The notes beneath the pieces are model-generated. The model saw only the letters and a program-made list of their open reading frames with translations. It had not been told where the DNA came from and made no database searches. A stretch of 63,501 bases of DNA, filler included, from Octopus bimaculoides (Eukaryota), in NCBI RefSeq assembly GCF_001194135.2. It is 5 parts of 5 records of this genome, joined end to end, with 100 filler letters (N's around TTAATTAATTAA, not from the genome) between each part and the next. Parts side by side here need not be neighbours in the genome. Positions count along the whole stretch, not along the records: positions 50,809 to 55,917 come from NC_068993.1; positions 56,018 to 63,501 come from NC_068981.1; 3 more parts are not named here. One strand, 5' to 3'. The position numbers were made by a program, and so were the translations under genes. How positions within the stretch are numbered: position 1 is the first letter of the stretch; the number at the start of each line of letters is the position of its first letter. This document shows, in pieces, positions 50,840 through 63,501 of this stretch.

Positions 50840-51731
50840 ATCTTTATGTATTTATGTGTTTGTGTGTGTGTGTTGTAAGTATGTATATATGAATATATAT
50901 ATATGTGTATGTATATATGTATAAACACACCAGCATCGGTTGTCAAGCGATGGTGGGAGGAGAAACACAATCACATGCATACATAATACACATATATACC
51001 TACATACACACACACAGACACAGATATATATATTACGAAGATGTACTTGCATAGCAAGTGACCTAATCTGAGATCGTGTGCTGGAACGAAAACAAATGCA
51101 GCGTGGAATGTGTTTATAAGCCATTTAAGAAACACAAAAACCGTTAGATTCACTTCAATATTTAAATTTAATTTGTCAAAATACTTTTGTCACTTTGAAA
51201 CCGCGACCTGTTCACTGGCAAAATTCCGTGCTGCACGGAAGTTTGCCTTTATGAACTTTATTCATAAAGCAGAATATGCCCAATGTGTTCCTTTGTTACT
51301 TCCATTATAGCTTTGAAAAAATAGCGTTTAAAATCTAACTGCATTCTTTAAAACTTGCACTAAGAATAAGGACAATGTAAAATTACTATCTGCTGTTATA
51401 GCAAGTTGATGCAGGTAGTTTATCTCGTCACCCTCCGACTTTTAGTTCATGCAATTGAAAAAAACCGCATTATTTATAGGAAGATTTTCTTATTATATAT
51501 AATACACATTATATTAATTTCCACTACACAGACACAGATGATGTTCTACAATATTAATATTCTTTTATTCTTTTATTTGTTTCAGTCATTTGACTGCGGC
51601 CATGTACTTATTCAATCGGAGGGATTGAAGTTGGAACTATGTAGTGGAGAAGCCAACTTCTTACAACTCAACCACTCCTGCGCCTGTATGTATAAATGGC
51701 ACTGAAGCTTTCATATATAATATTTATACGT

Positions 51732-51945
51732 AAGGCGGTGAGCTAACAGAATCGTTACTGCTTCGGGGGAAATGCTTAGCAGCATTTCGTCTGTTTTTAT
51801 ATTCTGGGTTCAGATTTTGTGCAGATCAACTTTGTATTTCATCTTTTTGGGATCGATGAAATACATGCCAATTGAACACTGAGGTCGATGTAAACGATTT
51901 AACCACTCCCATGAAATTTCTAGCACTGTACCAAAATTTGAAACC
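51732..51945 (+). mobile_element. SINE family C, full length
   Basis: aaggcggtgagctaacagaatcgtta ... ttctgggttcagat ... gaggtcgatgtaaacgat. Confidence 0.8.
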
Positions 51946-52000
51946 GATATATGATATTTATAAGTATAAAATATATATGTATGTGTATGTGTGTGTGTAA

Positions 52001-52052
<52 letters not shown>

Positions 52053-52779
52053 TCACACACACACACACAGAGAATAGTACTGGATATAGAATGTCTGTGA
52101 TTAGAGATGTTGAACTATAGTTACAAATGACAATTAGTGAAAGCTAGAGGAAAATGGTAATGAATTTTAAAGATATATTAATAACCCACGGAACTTGACA
52201 TCAGCAGATAGAATTATAACTGCGTATATGATAAGATCAGAGGAACATGTCCACAAACGTTATCCCTTAATATGTACACGTAATAAAAAAGTAAACTGGA
52301 ATTAAATAATTCAAATATATAGAAATATATATGATGGACGCAGGTTATTGAATAAAAGCAGCGGAATATATATATTCCGTGAGAAAAAAAAAAACATTTT
52401 TATATTCATAAAAATATGACATAGTAATTCATAAATATTCATTTATTTGAGACTTTATATTCAAATTACATTGTGCGCATGCACCCATCCAGTCACGTCA
52501 GGTTTACATCTTGGAAAGGGAAGGAAATAAAAGGCTTGGCAATAATATTAAGTAAGAAGGAAAACATCAATAAATTAAGAACGGTTTCACATTAATTAAC
52601 ATTCTTCCAGAAAAAAAAAGAGCAATATCATCTTTGTTTCGGAAATAGTGCACAGCTACGGACGCATTTATATTTATGCATCGTTTTTCCTCTCAAATAA
52701 TTTCTAATATATAAAACGTCGGACAGAAAGTGCTTTGGCTTTTTCAAAATGGGAAGAGAACATGAAATGTTGGGTTTTA

Positions 52780-52960
52780 ATTGATATATTTTTGATATAT
52801 CTATTCCAACTAATATTCCTCACATTATTGATAACATAATCACAGCTATTTGGCAAATTGTTGATCCCTCGTACATATTCTAGTTTCGATGCAAAAAATT
52901 TTTGATCTCATTTTAAACCTCTTCGCAATTAATTGTTTCCTTCTAAATAATTTTGCAATG
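52780..52960 (-). mobile_element. Mariner transposase C-terminal remnant
   Basis: Broken-frame EEV*NEIK / FASK / RGINNLPNS resembles the mariner end (EEV...I..FFASK...FY..GI..LP.RW). Confidence 0.4.
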
Positions 52961-53289
52961 ATCAGAAAGGCAATGATCTGCAAGAAAATGATCTGCAAGT
53001 GAGACAGAGCAAGGCCAGGAGAAAAGGTCGCCGAGGTAACAATGTTACCATCTTTTCCTTAGGGACTTGCGCAATATGTGATCTTGCATTAACTTATAAG
53101 TGCAACAGTATGAAGATGTAAGAATTAATGCTGATTTTACCGTAATTATTGAAACAGTCCCTCAAAGTGATCATGTCAAAACTACCACTTTCTCTCCAAC
53201 CTAATATGAAACTTTTTCTGCATTACAGACTTTATGAACTGAAGTTTAGAGGTTGATGCTGAAAATACCATCATTATCATCACAACAAG

Positions 53290-53432
53290 TATGTGATGAT
53301 GATATTGACCTTGATTACAGTGATAATGATGATAACGATGACGATGACGACGATGATGATGATGATGATGACGATGACAACGACGACGAGGATGTTGATT
53401 ATGATGATGACGACGACGACGACGATGACGAC

Positions 53433-53490
<58 letters not shown>

Positions 53491-53505
53491 CTGACGATGA
53501 TGATT
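53290..53505. repeat. (GAT/GAC)n trinucleotide repeat
   Basis: Direct reading. Confidence 0.95.
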
Positions 53506-53694
53506 CAGTGGTGTTAGAGAAGAATGAGACAACGTTGATATTATTACTATCCGTCGTTTTTCTTATTTTAAGAGTACAGTAACTGGATACAAAGCAAATA
53601 TACTGCTTATGGTGGGAAATTAGGTAATATTGATGCTGATGTTTTTTTTTTATAATAAAGCAGTAACAGATGAGGAATGCAAAGAAAGGTGAGA

Positions 53695-53717
53695 AGAAAG
53701 AAGAAGAAGAAGAAGAA

Positions 53718-53748
<31 letters not shown>

Positions 53749-53803
53749 AAGAAGAAGAAGAAGAAGAAGAAGAAGAAGAAGAAGAAGAAGAAGAAGAAGA
53801 AGA
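53695..53803. repeat. (GAA)n microsatellite
   Basis: Direct reading. Confidence 0.97.
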
Positions 53804-54794
53804 ATCACTCGCCAAGAATGTATTTGAATGTATTTGATTGTATCTCAAATCGAGTGTTATGAAATTATGCATGCGTAGTCAAATTCATTCAGTGGTGAAT
53901 AAATCACATCAGAATTATATTCTCATATGTTTTACTCTGCAGCAAGAATTACAAAAGCATCAACATCAGAAATCTATCCTCCATAATACGTAAGCGAACA
54001 ACAGAAGTAAGCTTGAAAGATTTCTTCTATAAAAACCACTTGCCTCGATACAGGTAAATATACTTAAACGGTTTCAGCCTATTTGACTAATTCAGTGACA
54101 GAAGTCTATATAAGATATCGCATTATTTAATCTCAAATTGAATCATTTCTTCATCATTATATTCTTCACAGATTATGTTGTCGTCTTCTGTATATTATTT
54201 ACACCATTATTTCTTACATTTTCCAGTTATCCTACATTAGGTTTTCTTAAATAACTTCAGTACAATATTTATTATCATTCATTTCCTCATTCACTCGTTC
54301 ATTGGTTCCTCGGTATGTTTTTCACGGCTGGCATTCATTCATCTCTTACGATGTAAAAGCAGATATCTTTAATACTTAAGCTGCTTATGTAAACCTATGA
54401 TACAATCAATTTTCTTTTACACACTACAAATCCCTATTTATTTATCGGTTGAATAAGATTGATAATATTAATACCAATGGTGTTACAAGGTTTTAGATTT
54501 GTCTCACGACGTGGATTACAAGCAAATTCCATCATGCATGGTTTCAAAATAAAGTGCTCTATTAACTTCCTCAAAATAAATTATCGACATTTCCTACATT
54601 AAAATATTCAAGGAAATCTATCGGAACATAGTCTATCTACTTAGCTTTGATTGTTCGTAACAAATATATCCTTGTCAGTTGCATACAGTCACTCACTAAT
54701 GACTTCAGTAAAATCATTGGCCTAGCGCCGAAGTTTGAAACTATTGTTATTGATCATGTAATAATGATTTCAAATTTTGGTATAAGGCCAGCAG

Positions 54795-54972
54795 GTTTGG
54801 GGACGAAATTTGTCGATTACATTGACCCCAGTTTCCAACTGGTACTTATTTTATCACACTCGAAATTATGAAAGTCAAAGTCGATCTCAGTGAAATTTGA
54901 ATGTAGAACATAATGACGGGCGAAATGCCGCTAAGCATTTTCCCCGGTTTGCTAACAGTTCTGCTAGTTCAT
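54795..54972 (-). mobile_element. SINE family C
   Basis: Diverged reverse complement of 51732-51945. Confidence 0.8.
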
Positions 54973-55605
54973 CACATTATTTTGATATTCTAACAATAAA
55001 GCCGTTGCACACGAATTCACTTCGCAGCGATGTTGTTCTGATGTACGGTGGCAAATTTCCGAATATGAAATAAAACGTTTTCCAATTCCAGTATTCTTCA
55101 GCTTGTTAGGGTGTAGTCTGGATTTTGCTACTTTTAAGGTGTTGTGCACTAAGTACTATAGTAACAAATGTCAACTTTGTTTCCCACAATGGCTTCATCT
55201 CTCTAACTAGATCCTGATATATCTCAAATTCTGCTATTTGTCTGGGATCCAATCTATCACCATGTAGTATTGAAATTATTATAGTATTACATATTTAGTC
55301 TCCTTGCTTCAATAGTACCACCATTTTTTAAAGGGGAAATCTCATATAATTCTGTAATTGTTATTCCCTACAAGCGTCTCTGGCTTGTGTTGAATCCATA
55401 CACTCGGTTAACATTCTAGGGCTGTCTTTTATTGTCAGAGATTTGCCTGCGCTTATACTCCTTTTGTGCTACCATACTGTATCAGATTCCGTCAAATGTC
55501 TTGTTGCCACGCGGCTGTAATTAGTGATTCAATTCCATCTTCTTCATTTTCAACGTCCTCCGTTTCCTTGGGTATGTGCTGTGGTTTGCTGTGGTGTTCT
55601 TATGG

Positions 55606-55917
55606 TTACTGTATTGAAAGTGTTTTACGTAGGATGTGTGCAGTGCCCAGTAGTGCAATTTTCTGTATGTTATATATATTTGTAAGTCCTGGTGTTTTTG
55701 TTATGTATTTGTCTGAATAATGTTTTAATTATACCTAAGGCACCTACTATGATAGGAATTATTTCTGTTTTTAGATTCCACATTCGAGTTACCTCTATTT
55801 CCAGGTCTTTGTATTTTGAAAGTTTTTTCATTTCTTTTAGAGAAACGTTGTCATCTGATGGTATTGATACATCAAATAGAAAGCATTTTTTTTCTTCATG
55901 ATCTTTGACAACTATAT
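55606..55917 (-). mobile_element. R4/Dong/Rex6-like RLE retrotransposon, ORF C-terminus
   Basis: IVVKDHEEKKCFLFDVSIPSDDNVSLKEMKKLSKYKDLEIEVTRMWNLKTEIIPIIVGALGIIK / YSDKYITKTPGLTNIYNIQKIALLGTAHILRKTLSIQ* is a canonical RLE end with one frameshift; truncated by the spacer. Confidence 0.9.
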
Positions 55918-56017
55918 NNNNNNNNNNNNNNNNNNNNNNNNNNNNNNNNNNNNNNNNNNNNTTAATTAATTAANNNNNNNNNNNNNNNNNNNNNNNNNNN
56001 NNNNNNNNNNNNNNNNN
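55918..56017. other. Artificial scaffold spacer
   Basis: 44 N + TTAATTAATTAA (55962-55973) + 44 N. Confidence 0.95.
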
Positions 56018-56057
<40 letters not shown>

Positions 56058-58399
56058 TATACATGTATGCTTGCATATATGTATTTGTGTGTGTATAAGG
56101 GGGCGCATGTTTTTCTATGTATGTATGTATGTATGTCTCCGTTTGATGTTATCACCTAAATAATTGTCGGACACAAACAGTGTAAAAAGTTTAAGAAACT
56201 TCAAATCTGTTCATGGATATAGGCTTCTGGTATAACATTGAGTGAATTATATAATGTTTGCTAGAGATTCAATAAGAGATATATTTTATAAGATAGGAAT
56301 CTCCTAACTAATAGATATTTTACTTATCAAAAGTATACTAAATCGTTTTCACAAAAATGTGTCAAATTTCTCAAAACGATTTTGGATTTATATCAGAAAT
56401 AACTAAATCAGATAACAAAAGATTTTTTTTTTTATTCTAAATTTGATTCTAAGCTAGATTTAAATTCTATTATTCTATTAATCGATTGATGAAAGTGAAG
56501 TTGAGCATGACAAAAAGATAGCATTGATGTTAGGTTGGAAAATTTCTAGCTTTAAACGTCAGATAAGGTTTTAACGTAATTCACTGTATAAGATCTAAAA
56601 AGTAATGTCCCCAGTTTTAAATTGACTTCCGTTCCACAGAACCTAGACATCTTGTAGATAAATATTGCTCTTAATGACTGTCTACTGATAAAAGAAAGAA
56701 ATATACATATATTTATATACGACTATTGCGGAATATACTGGATTTAATGCGCATAAGATGTTATTTCCTATTACGATCGCTCGTTTGCATCACTAAAAAC
56801 TATCAACACTTCTATCAATATTTAAGTTTATCGATACAGATTTTCTGTGGAATTATAAGCCAGCACAGAAAGTCACAACGTTTTTTTTATATGAATACCT
56901 TTACGTAAACAATGCAGCTGATGATGGAAAATAGGTATTGGGTGTATATGCATGTTTTAAGAGGTATTGCTCTTTTATCATCATCACATCAACTCTCTAC
57001 CATATCAACTATCCACGAAACATAGCTTGAATACCCACCAAATTTAACGGTGGCACTCTTTTGGAAATACCAATTTATACATTAAACACGTTTCTAGCAG
57101 CAGGTACGTAAATATTAATTGCTATCAAGGACACAGTATATCGTTTTGCAACGGTAAAGTACTACAAAGAATATAAACAAGTTTACAAGTCATTATTCTA
57201 CCATATTTCCTGTTACCGGTGCGATGTTTTCACTTTAAGTTTATCTCTACAGATTTTCTATAGACTTCAAAGCCAGCACTGAAAGTTGTGACCTTTTCTA
57301 TAGGAATATGCTTATGTAAACAATGCAATCGAATTATCTTTATACCATAGTAAGCGTTTGACAGCATTTTTATCGAATCTTGCTTGTCTTGTGACCAACG
57401 TCCATTCTATAAATCTGAACTAGCTCTTTGTGGAAGAAACAGTAACTTGAGCAGAACCATATATTTAATAAGATGAAATTTTCTGAAAAATCAAAAATTT
57501 TTAAATAAATTAAACTCGAAAATAAATACACCATTGTGTATTTTGCATCATAATCAGTGATAACTATCTTTCATTTCCATATTTCTGTGCGTTTTAAAAT
57601 ACCAAACATTAATGAAATAGTCAATCATCAAACAGAATATCTCATTTTTGTCGCCTCGATATAGTAGACTCAGCAACGATGATGGTGGAATAGAATTTTA
57701 TTATTCATTGACTTTGAATCAGTTCGTTAGGTTTCTTCAGTAAAATATTGACATTAAGTTTTATTTTTGAACAACAGTTTCGATGAAATAAACAGCAATT
57801 ATCTTCGTTGGGCTAAGAAAGTCCATTTACTGGAACAAGGCCTTATATACAGATGTTATTTGTTCGACCAAGGAGTGAAGCTAAAAGAAAATATATATTC
57901 GTTTATTACGTACAAATTTCGCATTTTTGAGAGATTTGTGTTAAATAACCAGTTACTATATCACTCATCGTACGCTGAAGGAGAACACATTCTTTTCAGT
58001 GGTTTTAGCTGAGACATTACATATTCAAGAAAAAATATTAAACTAAATAACCTGATTTACTTAAAGAAACGTTTCCCCCAGGCTGATTGGTGATATAACG
58101 GATGCAAAATCCAATAAACAGAAGTTGATTTGGGAGCTCAGAACTTAACTGAGTACTGTGGGCCTAAATTAAAAATTCATTTCCAACTGTTGCAATTTTG
58201 AATGGATATTAAGAAAATTTAAGACCAGTAAAGATATTGTACCCGCATTTGAGGGAAAATGCCTGACCTGCTTCGAATTGTCAACGAATTCAGTGTATTA
58301 GCTGTGGAGGCGACAATGGTGTGAACGATATGCGCAAAAAGTGTAAAGTATAGAAAGGACCTATCTACTATTGCTTTCACATATTAGCATAAGGCCTGC

Positions 58400-58572
58400 A
58401 AATTCGGGAAGGGCAAAAGTCGATGGCATTGACCTCAGTATTCCACAGGTAGTATTTTATTAACCCCCGAAATGACGAAAGACGAAAGCAAAGTCAACCA
58501 CAGTGGAATTTGAGCACAGAATGTAAAGACGGACGAAATGCTGCTAACCGTTTTGCCAGCTCACTGCCTTAA
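58400..58572 (-). mobile_element. SINE family C, diverged
   Basis: gaatttgagcacagaatgtaaagacggacgaaatgctgctaaccgttttgccagctcactgcctt. Confidence 0.75.
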
Positions 58573-59324
58573 AAGACTCTATTAGTTGTTGATTGTAAAT
58601 TTCCCCGTGCATCGAACGTTCCATCTATAACATGATCGTATATTTATTAATATACAGTGAAGTATTTAAAATATATGTTTAAATTGCATATATAATAAGG
58701 TGATCAGTTGTTCATTTATATGTTTCTCTCTGCTCAAGATTCCGTTTGGTTGTACTCAATATCCTACGCGTCTCCTCAATTTCCAAATGACCATCGTTTT
58801 GCATTAATGGTGCTGTGTTAAATTTATATAGAATAATATACGCTACTGCTTCCTTTCATTAACATTTGTCATTATTTAAAAAAAAATATTATGAGACATT
58901 AACAATTTGTTTTTGCTACATTTTCAACATAATTTTATTAATCGGAAGATATCTTTCGTTTTATTTTTTAATTATTTTTCGTTGCAGATTTTATTGAAGT
59001 GTCTTTCGTACAGATTGAAAAAAAACAAATCGATTGGATTTCTATAAATAAATGGGGATGTTAAAATTTTTTTACTACTAAATAGGATTATCTGGAAAAA
59101 ATGATTAGCGGTATAGAGCTGATTCTGCATAGATTAATTTCAAATCATATTTATTAAATCGGCCTATCTTTGGGCTAATGTTTACTTTCTCAATAACTAA
59201 TTAAATGGATGAAGTTATTACCATTTCATCTTTTAGATAATGAAAGCAAAGTAGGACACATTCCCTTCATGAATGTTTCTGGGCATGCAGTCAGAAGCTT
59301 GCTTCCCAGCCGCATGCGGTGCAT

Positions 59325-59410
59325 TTTGACGAACTGCTAAGTTACGGATACACAAATTCACCAATTTCAGTTGTCAAGCGATGGTGGGGGGGGGGCAAAC
59401 ACAGACACAA
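59325..59410 (-). mobile_element. SINE family B, 3' body fragment
   Basis: ttttgacgaactgctaagttacgg..ttgtcaagcgatggtggggg..caaacacagacac; similar fragment at 50925-50970. Confidence 0.65.
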
Positions 59411-59572
59411 GAATATATATGCATACATACATATACATACATACATACATACATATATANNNNNNNNNNNNNNNNNNNNNNNNNNNNNNNNNNNNNNNNN
59501 NNNNNNNNNNNNNNNNNNNNNNNNNNNNNNNNNNNNNNNNNNNNNNNNNNNNNNNNNNNNNNNNNNNNNNNN

Positions 59573-59608
<36 letters not shown>

Positions 59609-60829
59609 AACGCATGCATTTGTCCTTCACATCGCTTCAAAACTTGTGTTGGTTTATTTACATCATCGTAACTTAGCGCCTCGGCTAGGTTAACCGACAG
59701 AATAAATACTAAGCTTTAAGAATGTACTGGGATCGAATTACATTACACCTCTTCAAGTAGCTAGTAGTATGTGTAATCGTCGTTTTAATTTTTATATGTG
59801 GGAATGTGTATGCTAACGTAATTTAATAGCTTTCATTCCATGCTGATTAAGATCCCATGCCTCACGATATTGCGATTCTGCGTAGTATTAATGAAAGAGA
59901 AACATACTACCTTCAGAAAATTGTGCTAATATATAATGGGTCAATTATATTATAGCAGCACCAACATATATACGTATTATATAATTTTTGCGAGATTGTA
60001 TGTTACAATACTAATCTTTTAACAACATCTATATACAGAAATATAATAAGATTAGCGATTGCAATTGAAGTCGATAAATAGGATAAATCTATAATAAGAG
60101 CAACATACTCTCAGCAATTTATGAAATATTTGCATCAGTCAACAACATCTGCTTCCTTATTTCGGTTTTAGGCTATTTATTTATTTGACTTCGTAGTGAA
60201 TACAAACATATACAAGAACCTGTCTCTATACTCGGGAAAGAAACTATTTGTTTGTTTCAATGAATGTTTGTCTGTCTCTCACTTAGGTATCGTTTAATAT
60301 GTTTATGCTTATACACATATATCAATATAGGTATATACGAACCTACATACATTTGCACATACATGCATACATACATACATGCATATATACATACGTACAT
60401 ATATANNNNNNNNNNNNNNNNNNNNNNNNNNNNNNNNNNNNNNNNNNNNNNNNNNNNNNNNNNNNNNNNNNNNNNNNNNNNNNNNNNNNNNNNNNNNNNN
60501 NNNNNNNNNNNNNNNNNNNNNNNNNNNNNNNNNNNNNNNNNNNNNNNNNNNNNNNNNNNNNNNNNNNNNNNNNNNNNNNNNNNNNNNNNNNNNNNNNNNN
60601 NNNNNNNNNNNNNNNNNNNNNNNNNNNNNNNNNNNNNNNNNNNNNNNNNNNNNNNNNNNNNATATATATATATATATATATATACACATTTTTGTATCTC
60701 TTAAAAACCGTTATGAAACTGCATGGGTCCACTTGTTGTCTGTAAATCATGTGACATGTCCCCTCAACGGAAATTGTGAACTTGGTATTTTAAGATCGCA
60801 TCGTTTACTCCGATCCATTCTGGAACTAT

Positions 60830-61900
60830 CTTATTTCGAATATGCTCCTGGAAAATATGGTATCATAAAAGAGATGATAATGTGTGGCGCCGAAGAGCTT
60901 TGGAAAATATTCGTTCTACGTTTCAATCACTATCTGAAAGAAGGTGAAATTCTCTCTCAATGTAAAGACTTAAATAGCATCTTGCTTCATAAGAAAGGTT
61001 ATTAAAGAAGACTTTAAAAAAAATATCGCCCTTTATGCTTCTTGTCTCGCCTTATGAACAGTTTACAACAGCTGAGGGGACAAGCACATGTCTAGAGGAA
61101 CCACGATACGACAGAACACTCAATGAGTGAATGAATGCAAACTTTCTCTGTATATCGCTTTCATCGATTACGAACAGACCTATGGAAGTGTAGTAACGAA
61201 TGCAGCGTTAAAATCCCGAGATTCCGAGGCGCAATTTATGAAAGTGCTGAGGAATACGAACTCTGGATGCACGAAAGATATAGTTCTGGTATCACCACCA
61301 GTAAGAGTTTCGATTGGGAAAGGTGTCAAGAAAGAGGATATCATATGTCCAAAGCTCTTTACCGCCTGTCTAGAAATAGTCAGTAGGTACATGGACTGGA
61401 GAGGTGATGTGAAAATCAATGGCGGGAGGCTAACAATCTTCTGTTTGCAGATGACATTGTACTTATCGCTGAACCATAAACCAGCTGCATACCATGATGA
61501 CAGTTAGATACTCAAAGTTTAGGAGTACGCCTTTAAATGAGCCGCATGAAAACGAAATAAATGCAGCGGGAAGACGTAGTACAAAACCGAATAGAGGTGA
61601 GGTACGATGAAATTGTGGAGGTAAATGAGTTCGTATACTTAGTTCGTTAGAAGTAAATGAGTTCATGTACATACAGTAGATATACGTCTAGATATAAATG
61701 GTGAAATCTCTGAAGAATAAAGCCAAGATGATCGGTGTTTACTTTAATAAAGGACGCGCTCAAAACAAGGATAGACAATACCACATGTACTGGAGTGTGA
61801 AACAGCACCGTCCTACATAAGCTCTTATATGCAAATGAGACGTTGGCTAATACGAAGTGAATAGAACATCGATTGAGTACGGTCAAAAGGCTACTGAATC
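60830..61900 (+). mobile_element. Decayed RTE-clade LINE RT region
   Basis: APGKYGI, ILLHKKG, YRPL, LYIAFIDYEQTYGSV, KGVKKEDIICPKLFTACLE, LFADDIVL (~61440-61465): RT subdomains in order, with stops and frameshifts. Confidence 0.85.
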
Positions 61901-61918
61901 ATCCATGCTAGGAATATA

Positions 61919-63150
61919 TATATAGTTGAAGCAAGGTTAATGACCGATCTTTTAGAGAACATTTTTAGATAGCATTTTGTTTTAAAAATAGTGCCACTTG
62001 CAATGTTTTAAGTATGTCACAATGAGTGATTTATACATTTTTCTTACAGATTCTGATTGTATTGTCTATAATATTCTGCTATATTCTCACCCATGTTCGT
62101 CCCATCTAAAGATTATATTAGACATGTCTTACTCAATGAGTTTCATAAAGGAGTCAATGCAAGCACAACAGCAAAGTCTCTTTAGAGAGTTTATGGGGAT
62201 TTTGTAGTGACTGAAAGAAGTTGCAGGAGATAGTTTTCTCGCTTCGGAAGTGGGGATTTGAATTTCAAAGACGAGTCAAGAGATTTCGAATAGTTAGAAG
62301 CTGTAGTGAGGGAAAATCCAACCGCAATTTGTACAGAACTTGCAGAACAGCTTAGCGTAGCCCATGTTCTACACCAACTGAAAAGGATCGGAAAGGTTTC
62401 AGTAGTTGGAAAATAGGTCCCGCACGAACTGTCTCCAGAGAATCTGCAACAGCGTGTTGTTTGTTGTCGGTCATTGCTTTCAAGACACCTTAAGCAACCA
62501 TTTTTAGGAAAGCTTGTTACAGGTGATGAGAAGTTGATTCTTTGTCACAATGTTAAACAACGCCGATCGACGATCACTCGAGGAGGAAGAGCTGTTCAAC
62601 GACCAAATGGAGGACTTCATGCAAGAAAGATCATGTTGAGTGTATGGTGGGATATTGGAGGAATCGTCAATTACGGACTGTTTGACATCAATCAAACAAT
62701 TACTGCTAATCTCTACTGTGAAGAATTCCATCGTTTGAAAGCTGCTTTGAAGAGAAAGTTACTCTGCTTAGTCAACAGAAGTGGCGTTATCTTCCACCAT
62801 GATGATGCTCATCCTCACAATGCTCGACTGACCAAAGAACTCTTGGAGGATTTTGGGTGGGAAATATTGCTTCATCCTCCATATTCTCCGGACTTTGTTC
62901 CTTATGATTATCACAACTGAACCATTTGAATGGTCTTAGGATGGCATCAAGAGAAGACGTTGAAAATGAATTGGATTCATATTTCGCATCAAAACCTAAA
63001 CAATTTTACAGGTGTGGCATGTCTACGCCTCTTGACTGATGGAATGAAGTTGTAGAAAGCAACGGGAATTATGTTAACGAATAAATATCGTCTTAATTAT
63101 GGACTTTTCCATTTTTAAATCGGCCATTATTTTTGCACCAACCTGATATA
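61919..63150 (+). mobile_element. Near full-length decayed mariner (DD34D)
   Basis: *VPHEL, LVTGDEK, KIMLSVWWD, FHHDDAHPH, HPPYSPDFVPYDYH. Right TIR cggccattatttttgcaccaacctgaTA (~63121-63148); degenerate left TIR tatagttgaagcaaggttaatgaccg (~61921); ~1.23 kb. Confidence 0.88.
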
Positions 63151-63205
63151 CCTTTTATACATTATTTACATTGGGCAGATATTTGTTCACATATTGTTTG
63201 TTGTT

Positions 63206-63251
63206 AACACAACGTTTCGGCTGATATACCCTCCAGGATTCATCAGTTGTC
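63206..63251 (-). ncRNA. Degenerate hammerhead-like motif in a Penelope-type tail
   Basis: Minus strand: gacaa-CTGATGA-atcctg..cagcc-GAAA-CG-T-T-gtgtt; palindromic aacgtt at helix III; helix I and II carry mismatches. Confidence 0.35.
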
Positions 63252-63384
63252 TTGGGGAAATTTCGAACATGGGTTGTCATCCCTAAGGTAATTTTCGATG
63301 TTATTAATATTATTATTATTGTTGTTGTTGTTATTATTATTGAGGTTAGTAGCCCGCGCTCTTAAACACTACGCCATATGGGCA

Positions 63385-63501
<117 letters not shown>

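Noticed and set aside
53253-53582. Poly-Asp ORF resembling an acidic biomineralisation protein (also poly-His and poly-Met in other frames)
   Set aside because: It is a GAT/GAC trinucleotide repeat, open in several frames by construction, with no signal peptide or supported exon structure.
58690-58860. Possible mariner N-terminal remnant on the minus strand
   Set aside because: Too degenerate to support by eye.

Overview
AT-rich, gap-ridden eukaryotic DNA dominated by microsatellites, tRNA-derived SINEs and decayed transposons. The repeat families and microsatellite load look like Octopus; this is my recognition, not a database result. Four artificial 100-bp spacers (44 N + TTAATTAATTAA + 44 N) show the window is five joined pieces, so adjacency across them is not established. 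The only host gene fragment I recognise is the terminal coding exon of ribosomal protein L19 (39181-39304, +); I found no upstream RPL19 exons. Transposon relics include RTE, CR1, R4/Dong-like RLE and Penelope-like retroelements, mariner/Tc1, a hAT (SPIN/GTF2IRD2-like) transposase and a Helentron-type non-autonomous element. Almost all ORF-track entries are microsatellite, gap or repeat artefacts. The most interesting signals are: (i) five dispersed hammerhead-ribozyme-like motifs on the minus strand, three followed directly by AATAAA; (ii) a perfect 27-bp inverted repeat carrying an E-box in each arm; (iii) an RLE retroelement embedded in (TACA)n; (iv) an RTE end with up to three C2H2-like motifs; (v) a 2-kb diverged 23-bp minisatellite next to the hAT relic. 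All alignments and folds were done by eye, and element boundaries are approximate unless stated. I found no CRISPR, rRNA or bona fide tRNA genes.
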